The notes under the pieces: generated by a model
What the model was told of the DNA's origin: nothing
The model's input: only the letters and a program-made list of their open reading frames with translations
The model's database searches: none
In this document: positions 52,197-61,657 of the stretch, one piece after another
Numbering within the stretch: the first letter of the stretch is position 1
How the letters are laid out: each line of letters begins with the position of its first letter
From: a virus
Direction: 5' to 3' (one strand)
IMG/VR virus record: IMGVR_UViG_3300012153_000001
Span: 1,190-65,189 of that record
DNA: 64,000 nucleotides
Program-made: the position numbers and the translations under genes

Positions 52197-52369
52197 TTCG
52201 GGCGGGCGGTGAGGCTTGGTTCTTACACGAGATATTCCAGCGTCACCACATCCCGCCCGACGAAGTATACGCCAAACCTACGCGCTTTCGTGTCATGATG
52301 TACGCCTCTATGGAGGTACGCCGCGAAGAAGAAGAACACGCACGGAAAATAGCAGAGCGAGGGAGGTAA
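52187..52369 (+). CDS. -1 frameshift extension of the tail assembly chaperone
   Basis: A_AAA_AAC heptamer at 52187-52193. The -1 frame stays open to TAA 52367-52369 and has no start codon or SD of its own. Confidence 0.6.
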   Translation, partial: KKLIRAGGEAWFLHEIFQRHHIPPDEVYAKPTRFRVMMYASMEVRREEEEHARKIAERGR

Positions 52370-52375
52370 CGGGAC

Positions 52376-54193
52376 ATGTCGTTTGATATTGTAGGGCACT
52401 TAAAAATCGTAGATAACGCCACCCGCCCTCTTCGCGCTATGACTGCCGGGATACTCAAGTTCGGAGCGGCAGCAGCCGGCATCGGAGCGGCAGTCGGCAC
52501 AGTTGCGGTTGTTGGCGATAGTCTCAAGAAAGCGATCGATTTCGAATCGCAGCTCCAATCGATCAAGGCGCTTACTGGCGCAACTGACGCTTCTATGGCG
52601 AAAATTAACGCTTTGGCTCTCGAGCAAGGCGCACTCACGAAGTATTCCGCGTTAGAATCAGCGCAAGCCATCGAAGAACTTTTAAAGGCCGGTATGAGCG
52701 AAGCAACGATAATGTCAGGCGGACTTAATGCAGCGCTAAACCTCGCAACCGCCGGAGGACTCGAACTTGCAGAAGCGGCCGAAACGATGGCTACGTCGAT
52801 GAACGCGTTTAAGAAAGACGGACTGAGCGCGGCACAGACTGCGGATATCCTCGCGGGTACTGCGAACGCGGCGGCGACAGACGTACGGAACATTGCGTAC
52901 GGTATCGCGTCTGCGGGTGGTGTTGCGGACATGGCCGGCATTTCCTTCCGCGATTTGAATACAGCAATCGGGCTTATGTCCAACGACGGATTGAAAAGCG
53001 GATCTGACGCGGGTACGTCGTTCAAATCGATGCTGATGTATTTACAGCCGCAAACGAAGAAAGCTACCGCGATGTTTAACCAACTCGGAATCGGCGTTGG
53101 GAAAGCGAACAAGTTCTTTGAGGGCGGAAAGATCAAGGATCTCGCAGGAATTGCGGAGGTCTTGAATAAAACGCTCGGCAAGATGAACAACCAGGACCGC
53201 GTTGCCACGTTGCTAGACATGTTCGGAACCGACGGCGTTAAAGCGGCGACTACGTTATACAAGGCCGGCGCTAAAGGCGTAGAAGAGTTCCATAACGAGA
53301 TGGCGAAGGTCACGGCGCTGCAGGTTGCGGAAGAGAAGATGAATAGCGCGGCGGGTGCGATCGAGCAATTCCAAGGCGCGATGGAGACGTTGCAGATATC
53401 CGCGATGTCACCGTTACTTCCGTACATTAAAAAGTTCGCGTTGGGTGCGCAGGAGATGATTGCGGATTGGACTCCGCAGATTACGGCGGCGGTTCAGAAT
53501 GCGGTGGATACTGCGGCGAAGTACATTAATACGAACTTTATTAATAACCCGGCTTTTAACAACCTACCTGATTTCGAGAGCAAGGTTAAATTTGTTTTCG
53601 ATTCAATCGGCAATTCATTCAATAAATGGTGGGAAGCTGGGGGCAAAGCCGAAACGACCCGCGTTACAACCAACATGATTGGATTTTTAATTGACGGGAT
53701 TGAGGCATCGTCTCCACAAATCGTGGCCGTAGCCGTGAAGATAGGGCAAGGCATCGCTGATGGGATAATGCAGGGTATTAAGGATCATCTGAACGTGGTA
53801 TCTCTTCTGAACCCGGTTAAGCAACAGATGGAGGAGTTTAACAAGCAATACGACTCTGCTAAAGACCTTAAAAATAATCTGGAGAGTTGGAGCAAAGAGA
53901 ATCCAGGAAAACCTATGGTCGAAGGTGGCACAATCGAACCTTCCTCGAAGCCTAAAGGTTTTTGGGGTTCTTTAGGATTCTCTGGAGGACTTGACCGCGT
54001 TCCTTATAATAACTACCCAGCTCGCCTGCATCAAGACGAAATGGTATTGAACTCGCAACAGGCGCGTGACTACCGCAACGGAGAAAGTGGCGGAGGAGCT
54101 TCTGTAGTGGTAACGGGTAACACGTTCGTTGTCCGTAACGACGAGGACATCGACGCAATTGCGAACAAAATCGCGCTTCGATTGGCGCAATAA
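52376..54193 (+). CDS. tape measure protein
   Basis: 605 aa, Ala/Gly-rich and helical. Sits after the chaperone pair. Confidence 0.85.
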   Translation: MSFDIVGHLKIVDNATRPLRAMTAGILKFGAAAAGIGAAVGTVAVVGDSLKKAIDFESQLQSIKALTGATDASMAKINALALEQGALTKYSALESAQAIEELLKAGMSEATIMSGGLNAALNLATAGGLELAEAAETMATSMNAFKKDGLSAAQTADILAGTANAAATDVRNIAYGIASAGGVADMAGISFRDLNTAIGLMSNDGLKSGSDAGTSFKSMLMYLQPQTKKATAMFNQLGIGVGKANKFFEGGKIKDLAGIAEVLNKTLGKMNNQDRVATLLDMFGTDGVKAATTLYKAGAKGVEEFHNEMAKVTALQVAEEKMNSAAGAIEQFQGAMETLQISAMSPLLPYIKKFALGAQEMIADWTPQITAAVQNAVDTAAKYINTNFINNPAFNNLPDFESKVKFVFDSIGNSFNKWWEAGGKAETTRVTTNMIGFLIDGIEASSPQIVAVAVKIGQGIADGIMQGIKDHLNVVSLLNPVKQQMEEFNKQYDSAKDLKNNLESWSKENPGKPMVEGGTIEPSSKPKGFWGSLGFSGGLDRVPYNNYPARLHQDEMVLNSQQARDYRNGESGGGASVVVTGNTFVVRNDEDIDAIANKIALRLAQ

Positions 54194-54214
54194 AACGGAA
54201 AGGAGGCGGCATTA

Positions 54215-54895
54215 TTGGCGAGAGGCAAGCCGCAGTTTTGGCTCAAGTATAACAACAACGCGGAGGTCTTATGGCTTCCCGTTAATCCCGAAACAATCAA
54301 CGCATCATCTACGTATGGCTACGAAGACGTTAACGTATCGAATCTCGGTGAGTATACGATTCTCGGAAACAATCGCCAGAAGGACTTCACGGTATCGTCG
54401 TTCTTTCCGCGCGATTATAACGGATCGTACTGCCAGTACTCGAAGCTAAAGGACCCGTGGGAACTCGTTAAGACGATTGAACGGTGGCAGAAGTCCGGCC
54501 GTCCTGTCCGTTTTATTGTGACGAATACGCCGATTAATATCGCGGTTACGATTCGGTCGTTTGAGTATGAAGAACGCGGCGGAGAGCCTGGCGACATTTA
54601 CTACACGCTGCAGCTTAAGGAGTATACGTTTATTTCCAACGCTAAGAAATCGGACCCTAACGCAAAGAAGACGAATATCTCGGCGGCAAAGGTTACGACC
54701 GACCCAGCGCGCCCATCAACGCGCACTACTCCGACATCCTATACAGTCAAGTCGGGCGACTCGCTGTTTAAGATCGCGGCCAAAGTCTACGGGAACGGCG
54801 ATCGATGGCGCGATATCTACGCGAAGAACAAGTCGGCAATCGGCGCGAATCCTAACGCAATCAAGCCGGGGCAGAAGCTGGTGATCCCGAAATGA
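54215..54895 (+). CDS. LysM-domain tail protein (XkdP-like)
   Basis: C-terminal LysM domain YTVKSGDSLFKIAAKVYGNGDRWRDIYAKN...IKPGQKLVIP. Confidence 0.8.
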   Translation: MARGKPQFWLKYNNNAEVLWLPVNPETINASSTYGYEDVNVSNLGEYTILGNNRQKDFTVSSFFPRDYNGSYCQYSKLKDPWELVKTIERWQKSGRPVRFIVTNTPINIAVTIRSFEYEERGGEPGDIYYTLQLKEYTFISNAKKSDPNAKKTNISAAKVTTDPARPSTRTTPTSYTVKSGDSLFKIAAKVYGNGDRWRDIYAKNKSAIGANPNAIKPGQKLVIPK

Positions 54896-55953
54896 GTACG
54901 CAAATTCGCGTTTTATATGACGGTAAATATTACGTTGAACCACTCGTAAAGACTGCAACGTGGTCCGGAGACGTGGCGCAACCTCACCGTACCCTAACGC
55001 TGTCTCTGTCTAATACGCTTAACGGCGAGGATCAAGAGATCGCGTTCGAACTCGGCAAGGAGATACGCTTTTACGTAGACGGTAAAGGCGTATTTCGTGG
55101 CGTCATCTTTACGTATGACATAACGGAGGCTGGCGAGGCGGTCGTCATAGCTTACGATGAAAACGTGTATCTCACGAAGAATACAGATACGCGGAAGTTT
55201 GTCAAGATGACGGCCGGTGCGATGATTGCGGAGTTGTGTAAATCGTTCGGAATACCGACGGGCGATATCGCAAACACCGGCTACGTAATACCGCGCATGA
55301 TCCTCCGGAGTAAAACGTTGTGGGACATGATGGTTACGGCGCTGACGGAAACACGCAAGCAGAATGGACGGAAGTTCGTCGTCTACGCGTCAAACGGCAA
55401 GCTTGGACTACGCGAGAAAAAGGACGCCACGGTACGTTGGATGATCGAGGATGGCGTTAACATTATCGGCGCAACACGGACGCGCTCTATCGAGGAGCTA
55501 CGGACAGCCGTTAAAGTTGTCGGCGGTGAGTCAGAAGAGAAGCAAATCGTCGCATCCGAAAAGAACGCGGCCCTTGTTACGCGATATGGACTAATGCAGC
55601 ACTACGAAAGCGCGGACTCAAAACTTAACGCATCCCAATTACGCCAGCTCGCAAAACAGCGCCTTAAGGAGTTATCGACCGTTAAGGAGGACGTAACAGT
55701 CAACGCGTTAGGAATCACGGACGTTGTCGCCGGCACAGCAGTCTATGCCTTCGAGAGTATGACTGACTTGGTCGGCGGCTTTTACGTTAACGCGGATACT
55801 CATACGTTTAGTAACGGCACGCACATGATGGACTTAACGTTGTCCAAAACGGATGACTTGCCGAAGCTGGAATACGAAGATGAGCCGGAGAAAAAGAAAG
55901 CCGCGAAGAAATCGAAGAAAAAGGCGAAAGAAAAAGCGAAGAAAGGGAAGTGA
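54892..55953 (+). CDS. tail hub/late-control-D-like protein (XkdQ-like)
   Basis: Gene order matches the PBSX xkdP-Q-R-S-T-U block. Lys-rich C-terminal tail. Confidence 0.6.
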   Translation: MSTQIRVLYDGKYYVEPLVKTATWSGDVAQPHRTLTLSLSNTLNGEDQEIAFELGKEIRFYVDGKGVFRGVIFTYDITEAGEAVVIAYDENVYLTKNTDTRKFVKMTAGAMIAELCKSFGIPTGDIANTGYVIPRMILRSKTLWDMMVTALTETRKQNGRKFVVYASNGKLGLREKKDATVRWMIEDGVNIIGATRTRSIEELRTAVKVVGGESEEKQIVASEKNAALVTRYGLMQHYESADSKLNASQLRQLAKQRLKELSTVKEDVTVNALGITDVVAGTAVYAFESMTDLVGGFYVNADTHTFSNGTHMMDLTLSKTDDLPKLEYEDEPEKKKAAKKSKKKAKEKAKKGK

Positions 55954-55957
55954 TGCG

Positions 55958-56305
55958 GTGGCACTCGAAACTATCGACGGAGGCGGCGTAAGTAAATTGC
56001 GTGACGTCATCCGGCAACTCGGTTATAACAAAGATGTTGACGTAGAGATCGGAACGGTCACCGCGCCGCTTCCGGATATTCGCGTGAAACTTGACAACGC
56101 CAACTTCGAACTGGAGCGTGAGGACATCGTTATTGTTGAGAGGCTCGCGGGGTATAAGCGGGCTGTTAAGATCAACGGAGTAGACGCAGAAATTGAATAC
56201 GAGCCTTCACTGGAAGCGGGCGACCGCGTTATCGTCCAAATGTTCAACGCGGGACAGGATTACGTAATACTTGACCGGTTAGGGGGCGTTGGAGATGGCG
56301 CTTAG
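55958..56305 (+). CDS. XkdR-like (DUF2577) baseplate protein
   Basis: In-frame GTG 55958 lies just after the previous stop. Called from synteny. Confidence 0.5.
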   Translation: MALETIDGGGVSKLRDVIRQLGYNKDVDVEIGTVTAPLPDIRVKLDNANFELEREDIVIVERLAGYKRAVKINGVDAEIEYEPSLEAGDRVIVQMFNAGQDYVILDRLGGVGDGA

Positions 56306-56711
56306 TCCACTTGCGGTGATTACCGAGGAGGAAACGGAAGAGGCAGTTATTAATGAGATACTGCCGCTCAAGACATACGCGCTTAACGTTGAAACTGGCG
56401 AAATGGGCGGGATGGTTGACGGGACGGCCGCGATCGAACAGTTCATTTACAAAGCGATCCGGACTGCGCGATACCGTTTCGCGATATTCGATGACGATTA
56501 CGGTTGCGAGCTCGACGATTTAATCGGCCAAGAGGTATCGGTCGAACTATTGGAGACGGAAATACCGCGGACAATCGAGGACGCGCTAATATATGACGAC
56601 CGGATACTTGCGGTGCGTGACTTTACATTAACGAGGGAGGCGGACAAATTGTACGTCTCTTTTTTCGTGGAAGTAGATAACGAAACGATTCCGGTGGAGG
56701 TGACGATTTAA
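56289..56711 (+). CDS. XkdS-like (DUF2634) baseplate protein
   Basis: IYKAIRTARYRFAIFDDDYGCEL is typical of DUF2634. Confidence 0.55.
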   Translation: MEMALSPLAVITEEETEEAVINEILPLKTYALNVETGEMGGMVDGTAAIEQFIYKAIRTARYRFAIFDDDYGCELDDLIGQEVSVELLETEIPRTIEDALIYDDRILAVRDFTLTREADKLYVSFFVEVDNETIPVEVTI

Positions 56712-57790
56712 TGGCATACGAAGGTCAAACGAAGGCCGCCGTACTCGAACGGATGCTCGGAAACTCTCCGGCGGACATCGACCAACGGCCGGGCTCCGTA
56801 ACATACGATCTGGAGTCGCCCACCGCGATAGAAATATCGATGGCTTACGCAGAGCTCGATAACGTACTGGACTGGGGATTCACGGATACGACGTTCGGCG
56901 AGTACTTAGACAGCCGCGCATCTGACTACGGACTCGTACGTAAGGCCGCGATCAAGTCATCTGGATCAGTAACGTTTACAGGCCCGGATACAACGGTGAT
57001 TCCGGTGGGCTCAATCATATCAACAGGCGGAGATAATCCGGTCTATTTCGTAACAACCACGGCCGCCACTATAGCAGGCTCTACGATTACGGTCGCAGCA
57101 GAAGCGCAGGACGCAGGTGCAGCGGGCAACGTCGGAATGGGCGCGATTAATACAATGGTCGGCGATCTCGTCGGTATTGTAGTGGTAAATAACGCGGTCA
57201 ACTTCGAAGGGGGCGTCGATACCGAGTCGGATGCGGCTTTGTACGCGCGCTATCAGGAACGAGCACAGCGGCCAGCCACGTCAGGCAACGCGAATCAATA
57301 CCGTCAATGGGCGCTCGAAGTACCTGGCGTAGCTGACGCGATCGTCTATCCGATATGGGCTGGCCCAGGCACGGTTAAAGTCGTACTGCTCGGCGCGGAT
57401 AAGACTTCGCCAGATCCTTCCGTAGTTACCGCGGCCCAAACGTATATCGACCCGACGATGGACGGCCACGGCGAAGGAGTTGCGCCCATCGGTCCGGTAG
57501 TCACCGTGCAAGGTGCGGTTGAGGTTCCGATCAATGTCGCGGTAGACGTCGATGTCGAACCGGGCTATACGCTCGAAGAAGTACGCGCGCAACTCGAAGC
57601 CGGAGTCACTGCGTATCTGGCAACGTTGGCCTTCGCGGACCCACTTGTACGGATTACACGGATCGCTAACGTTATCCTCGACGTGCCGCGTGTTATTGAT
57701 TATCGCGACCTTACGATCAACGGAGGGACCGCGAATATCGTTGTAAATAACGGAGAGGTTGCGGTTCTTGGGACGGTGACAGTTACGTGA
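56711..57790 (+). CDS. baseplate J-like protein (XkdT-like)
   Basis: Size and synteny fit. TAATG coupling with the previous gene. Confidence 0.75.
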   Translation: MAYEGQTKAAVLERMLGNSPADIDQRPGSVTYDLESPTAIEISMAYAELDNVLDWGFTDTTFGEYLDSRASDYGLVRKAAIKSSGSVTFTGPDTTVIPVGSIISTGGDNPVYFVTTTAATIAGSTITVAAEAQDAGAAGNVGMGAINTMVGDLVGIVVVNNAVNFEGGVDTESDAALYARYQERAQRPATSGNANQYRQWALEVPGVADAIVYPIWAGPGTVKVVLLGADKTSPDPSVVTAAQTYIDPTMDGHGEGVAPIGPVVTVQGAVEVPINVAVDVDVEPGYTLEEVRAQLEAGVTAYLATLAFADPLVRITRIANVILDVPRVIDYRDLTINGGTANIVVNNGEVAVLGTVTVT

Positions 57791-58350
57791 GAACATTAAC
57801 GGAGATTAAGCGCGATATGCTCGATTATGTTCCGCAGTATTACCGTGACTCTCTCGTCGCAAGCGGAATACTCAACGCTGAGGCAATCGAGATCGCGAAA
57901 CTGAATGCGGACATTTACGACGTGCTCGACCAGTTTTACATTGACCGGGCAACGTGGGGATTGGCGCGGTGGGAGCGGATATTCGGAGTAACACCGGAAG
58001 CTGGCGCAAGTTACGAACAGCGACGCGAAGTCCTGCGGGGTAAATTGCGCGGCGTCGGTAAGATTAGCGTAAGTCTCATCGAGAACGTTGCGGAAGCCTA
58101 CGCAAATGGTGACGTAGATGTGACGGTGGATAGCGCGGCTTATACGCTGACAATTACGTTTGTCGGCGTTTTTGGCGTGCCTACGCAACTGGACGCGCTC
58201 AAGGCGAACCTACGCGATATCATTCCGGCCCACATGTCGATTGATTACGTATTCCGCTTCTACACTTACGAGGAGCTCACAGGAAGTGGCGTGGCATATG
58301 CGGGCTTAATGGGATACACGTACGACGATATTTACAATCGGAGGTTATAA
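57787..58350 (+). CDS. XkdU-like (DUF2313) tail protein
   Basis: GTGA overlap with the previous stop. Called from synteny. Confidence 0.55.
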   Translation: MRTLTEIKRDMLDYVPQYYRDSLVASGILNAEAIEIAKLNADIYDVLDQFYIDRATWGLARWERIFGVTPEAGASYEQRREVLRGKLRGVGKISVSLIENVAEAYANGDVDVTVDSAAYTLTITFVGVFGVPTQLDALKANLRDIIPAHMSIDYVFRFYTYEELTGSGVAYAGLMGYTYDDIYNRRL

Positions 58351-58352
58351 CG

Positions 58353-58628
58353 ATGGCAACGACGCCAAATTTAGGGCTACCGCTGATTGATGGCGCGATG
58401 ACCGCGGATGTGCCGCGGGATATGAATGCGCTGGCTAATGCGGTGGATACTGCGGTAGGGAACGTAAGTATTCCAGATGCGAGCCTGACCGTGAAGGGTA
58501 AAACGCAATTGTCGAGCGCGACGGGCAGTGCGTTGGAGGATCGGGCGGCTACGCCAAAAGCGGTGAGTGATGCGCTGGCTCAGGCTAAAGCTTACGTAGA
58601 TCAAGAAAACCTATGGGGGGCGTTATAA
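58353..58628 (+). CDS. short tail-fibre protein
   Basis: The fibre-type motif KGKTQLSSATGSALEDRAATPKAVSDAL is present. Confidence 0.5.
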   Translation: MATTPNLGLPLIDGAMTADVPRDMNALANAVDTAVGNVSIPDASLTVKGKTQLSSATGSALEDRAATPKAVSDALAQAKAYVDQENLWGAL

Positions 58629-58934
58629 GTGGCGGCGACACCAAAAAGATTGGGGAAAGGTCAATTGTCGACAGCGAGCTCAACATTGTATACCGTTCCC
58701 ACAGGAACAACCACGCTAGTCAAAGCTGTTACACTGTGCAATACAACTTCTGCACCACTCGGTGTAACTCTATCATTCGCTGGTACGGCAGTCATATTCA
58801 GTCACAGCATCAAAGGGTACGATACAATTACAATCCCTTTTATTGACCAAATCATAACGGCGGGCGAGACTATTACCGGCTCTGCTGGAGCAGTTGGAGT
58901 AAATTTCTATATTAGCGGAAAAGAGGTGACATAA
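58629..58934 (+). CDS. hypothetical tail-fibre-associated protein
   Basis: GTG start after GGGGGG. Beta-rich. Confidence 0.45.
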   Translation: MAATPKRLGKGQLSTASSTLYTVPTGTTTLVKAVTLCNTTSAPLGVTLSFAGTAVIFSHSIKGYDTITIPFIDQIITAGETITGSAGAVGVNFYISGKEVT

Positions 58935-59542
58935 TGCCTGGGATAGATAGTTACTCATTGGATAATTGCGGATTGGATGGCCCATCTAGCGATTCGAACA
59001 CAAGAAATAGGATTGTTGCAAGCTCGAGTAACAATACTGTTGCAAGCGCAAATACAAATTTGCTGGCTTATCCTCAGTTTTCCATAGCACCAATTAAAAA
59101 TTTTTTAGATGTCTACTCCCTAGAACCCGCTTTAAATATCAGTGTCGTTGGTTCACATTTGATATATTTCAACTTTTCAGCATCGTCATCATTTCTTTTT
59201 CAAAGTTCTATGTATGTTGAAACTTCTTTCATTCTCACGGACGATAAAGGCATAAATTTTCCGTTTTTCTCTTCAATAAATTACGGCAGTGACATTACCA
59301 TGACTCCAGCTTTTAACCTCAGGCTCTATTCGTTATCAATAGATAAACAAGCTGGGAAATTATATTACACAGGTACTGGTACTACCGGTTCGTATAACTC
59401 ATTGGTTACTGTAAACATTCCAACAAACTTAAATTTAGACGGTGAATTAACCTTTAAAGTTGGGGTACGCAAAAATCATACTGCGGGCGGAAACCATAAC
59501 GTGTTGATTGAGAAACGTAGTTTGACCGTCTTGACATCTTAA
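58934..59542 (+). CDS. hypothetical protein, candidate receptor-binding module (AT-rich)
   Basis: SD AGAGGTG upstream and TAATG coupling. Ser/Asn-rich and strongly AT-rich compared with the baseplate genes. Confidence 0.5.
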   Translation: MPGIDSYSLDNCGLDGPSSDSNTRNRIVASSSNNTVASANTNLLAYPQFSIAPIKNFLDVYSLEPALNISVVGSHLIYFNFSASSSFLFQSSMYVETSFILTDDKGINFPFFSSINYGSDITMTPAFNLRLYSLSIDKQAGKLYYTGTGTTGSYNSLVTVNIPTNLNLDGELTFKVGVRKNHTAGGNHNVLIEKRSLTVLTS

Positions 59543-59623
59543 ATTTTGAGTGGTAGTAAATAAGGGGTGGCCCCTGACATTAATCTTCACATTGTATAGA
59601 GACAGCGGAGGAGATGATCCGAT

Positions 59624-59914
59624 ATGCAAATTGGAGCTAGAATTGTGTATGACCAAGACGGAGAGATTGTTGCCTTTTTGGGAGAAATGATGGGGAACAT
59701 GCTTCCGAGAAAAGAGATTACCAGGTTAGATTATATCGATATTGAGTATGAGGAAATCAACTACAACATACATCAAATTGTGAAGGTTGACCCCAAAACA
59801 AAACTGCCGGTGCTGGAAAGGATACATGCTGAATTGACTCCGGAAGAACGTATAAAAGAGTTGGAAGACCAAATACTGTTACTTGCCAATGAAAATACAG
59901 GAGGGATTTTGTAA
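59624..59914 (+). CDS. hypothetical protein (XkdW-position)
   Basis: SD GGAGGAG upstream. AT-rich. Confidence 0.5.
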   Translation: MQIGARIVYDQDGEIVAFLGEMMGNMLPRKEITRLDYIDIEYEEINYNIHQIVKVDPKTKLPVLERIHAELTPEERIKELEDQILLLANENTGGIL

Positions 59915-60072
59915 TGGTGAACGAAGTAGTGGTTCGTATTGCGGCGGAAAGAATTTTGAATAAAGGACTTAACCCAAAGACTGGCCAAATATACCTGCTT
60001 GATGACATCACCAATACTGGTTATCGGCAAGCAGTCGAGGATTACATCCTGGAGAAAACCGAAGGAATTTAA
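59914..60072 (+). CDS. small protein (52 aa, XkdX-position)
   Basis: TAATG coupling with the previous gene. Short. Confidence 0.4.
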   Translation: MVNEVVVRIAAERILNKGLNPKTGQIYLLDDITNTGYRQAVEDYILEKTEGI

Positions 60073-60074
60073 CA

Positions 60075-60105
60075 AGCGCTTCCGCTAATCGGAGCGCTAT
60101 TTTTA
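60075..60105 (+). terminator. rho-independent terminator after the tail genes
   Basis: AGCGCTTCCG-CTAAT-CGGAGCGCT followed by ATTTTTAT. A second hairpin, CTCCGC/GCGGAG + T-run, follows at about 60110-60143. Confidence 0.7.
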
Positions 60106-60161
60106 TGCTCTCCGCCACCGCGCGGAGGGCTCTTTTATTTTTACGGATAGGACGTGAACCC

Positions 60162-60434
60162 GTGAACAAGACGCAGCTTTATCGCATCCTAGTTCTGCTC
60201 GCGCTGGCCTTAACATTCATAGCGAGCGTCTTTGCGGCAACGTCCGTAACTAAATCGCGCATCAACATTAACGTAAGCAGCCGCGCCGCAATCGAAACAC
60301 TGCCGGGAATCGGGCCGGTACTTGCAGATCGCATCGTGAGCGGCCGCCCCTACGCGGATGTGTACGAATTGGATCGCGTTGAGGGCGTAGGCCCCGCGAC
60401 AATAGACGGAATTATCGGGAGGGTTGACTGGTGA
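60162..60434 (+). CDS. ComEA-like helix-hairpin-helix DNA-binding protein with N-terminal TM anchor
   Basis: IETLPGIGPVLADRIVSGRPYADVYELDRVEGVGPATIDGI matches the ComEA HhH repeat. TM segment ILVLLALALTFIASVFA. The start is GTG 60162, or ATG 60105 inside the terminator. Confidence 0.6.
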   Translation: MNKTQLYRILVLLALALTFIASVFAATSVTKSRININVSSRAAIETLPGIGPVLADRIVSGRPYADVYELDRVEGVGPATIDGIIGRVDW

Positions 60435-60781
60435 TGGACATTGCGGGAATATCAGCGCTGGCCTTTACGCTATTGAAAGAGGGCGCGTGGATGCCGCTGG
60501 CCGTACTCGTTATCGGCGTGCTCGTGTGGCTTATGTTACGCGCGCAGAAAGAGCAGACGGAGGCTAACCGGGCAGACGCTAAGAAGCGCGAGGATAAGTT
60601 GATGGCGTTCGTTGACGAGAACAAGGCGGAGGCATTAGCGCGTGAGGATCGTTTGATGGAACATCTTACTAAAACGGAAGAGGTACAGACGCGCATTGTA
60701 TCGACCTTGGAACGGATGGAAATGCGGATGCAGTACATCGAACGCGCTGTGAATATCGAAATAAAGGAGGACGCGGCATGA
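60431..60781 (+). CDS. membrane-anchored coiled-coil protein (lysis-cassette accessory)
   Basis: N-terminal TM segment MPLAVLVIGVLVWLML followed by a coiled coil. SD GGGAGGG upstream. Confidence 0.45.
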   Translation: MMDIAGISALAFTLLKEGAWMPLAVLVIGVLVWLMLRAQKEQTEANRADAKKREDKLMAFVDENKAEALAREDRLMEHLTKTEEVQTRIVSTLERMEMRMQYIERAVNIEIKEDAA

Positions 60782-61464
60782 ACTACCGCAAAGATTACAT
60801 CCCGAAAGGTACCGCGAAAAATAGGCGGCCTGGCCTCGCCATGAACGCGACGACTATTACGATACACAATACGGGTAATCCGTCAAGTTCCGCGGCTAAT
60901 GAGCGCGCGTGGCTAACGAATCCGACCAATACGCGTACAGCATCGTTCCATATCGTAGTTGATGAGCGCGAGGCTGTCGAATGTATTCCGCTGAACGAAA
61001 ACGCTTGGCATTCCGGAGACGGCAGCGGAGCGAGTTCCGGCAATCGTACGTCAATCGGCATCGAAATCTGCGAGAGCGGCAATTACGCGAAGACGCTAGA
61101 TAACGCGGCTACTCTCGTTGCGTCGATGTTGAAAGAGCGCGGATGGGGCGTAGATAGATTGCGCCGCCACTACGATTGGTCCGGTAAGATCTGTCCACGC
61201 TTAATGTACGATGGCGGAACGTGGACCGGCTGGGGTCTGTTTAAAGCGGCGGTGCAAGCGAAATTAAACGAAAAGGTGGCGGATGCTGACGTGAAGAAGG
61301 ACGTAATTGTTAGCGTAGTAGTCAACGGTAAGAGGGTAACAGACGGTGTGCTTGACGGCGGAACTACGTATACGCCGGCGCGTGCGGTAGCGGAAGCACT
61401 AGGCGCGAAGGTAACGTGGGACGCGAAGACTAAAACGGTGACGATTACGAAGGAGGGCGTATAA
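60778..61464 (+). CDS. endolysin: N-acetylmuramoyl-L-alanine amidase (Amidase_2/PGRP) + Cu-amine-oxidase-N-like wall-binding domain
   Basis: Amidase motifs ITIHNTGNP, SFHIVVDE, AWHSGDG and IGIEICE. C-terminal VNGKRV...TYTPARAVAEALGAKVTWD. Confidence 0.88.
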   Translation: MNYRKDYIPKGTAKNRRPGLAMNATTITIHNTGNPSSSAANERAWLTNPTNTRTASFHIVVDEREAVECIPLNENAWHSGDGSGASSGNRTSIGIEICESGNYAKTLDNAATLVASMLKERGWGVDRLRRHYDWSGKICPRLMYDGGTWTGWGLFKAAVQAKLNEKVADADVKKDVIVSVVVNGKRVTDGVLDGGTTYTPARAVAEALGAKVTWDAKTKTVTITKEGV

Positions 61465-61465
61465 T

Positions 61466-61651
61466 ATGAAGAAACGCTTAACAAATCCGCTGTTTATCGC
61501 GGCGGCCGTAGGGCTTGCGTATCAGGTACTAGAAAAGTACGGAGTTGCACCGGATTTCGGTACGTGGCAGGTTGGCGTTGACCTCGTGACGTACGCGTTG
61601 ATCGGAAGCGGTGTGTATTCTACGTTTAAAAAGACGGAGCCAGCGGAATAA
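61466..61651 (+). CDS. holin (two-TM, phi LC3/SPP1-type)
   Basis: 61 aa with two hydrophobic helices and a charged C-terminus. Lies directly after the endolysin gene. Confidence 0.65.
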   Translation: MKKRLTNPLFIAAAVGLAYQVLEKYGVAPDFGTWQVGVDLVTYALIGSGVYSTFKKTEPAE

Positions 61652-61657
61652 AACTGC

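Noticed and set aside
52243-53427. 394-aa ORF on the minus strand
   Set aside because: It is antisense to the tape measure gene and the chaperone extension. The Ala/Ser/Pro-rich translation mirrors the Ala/Gly-rich sense frame. There is no SD, and it would break the tail operon.
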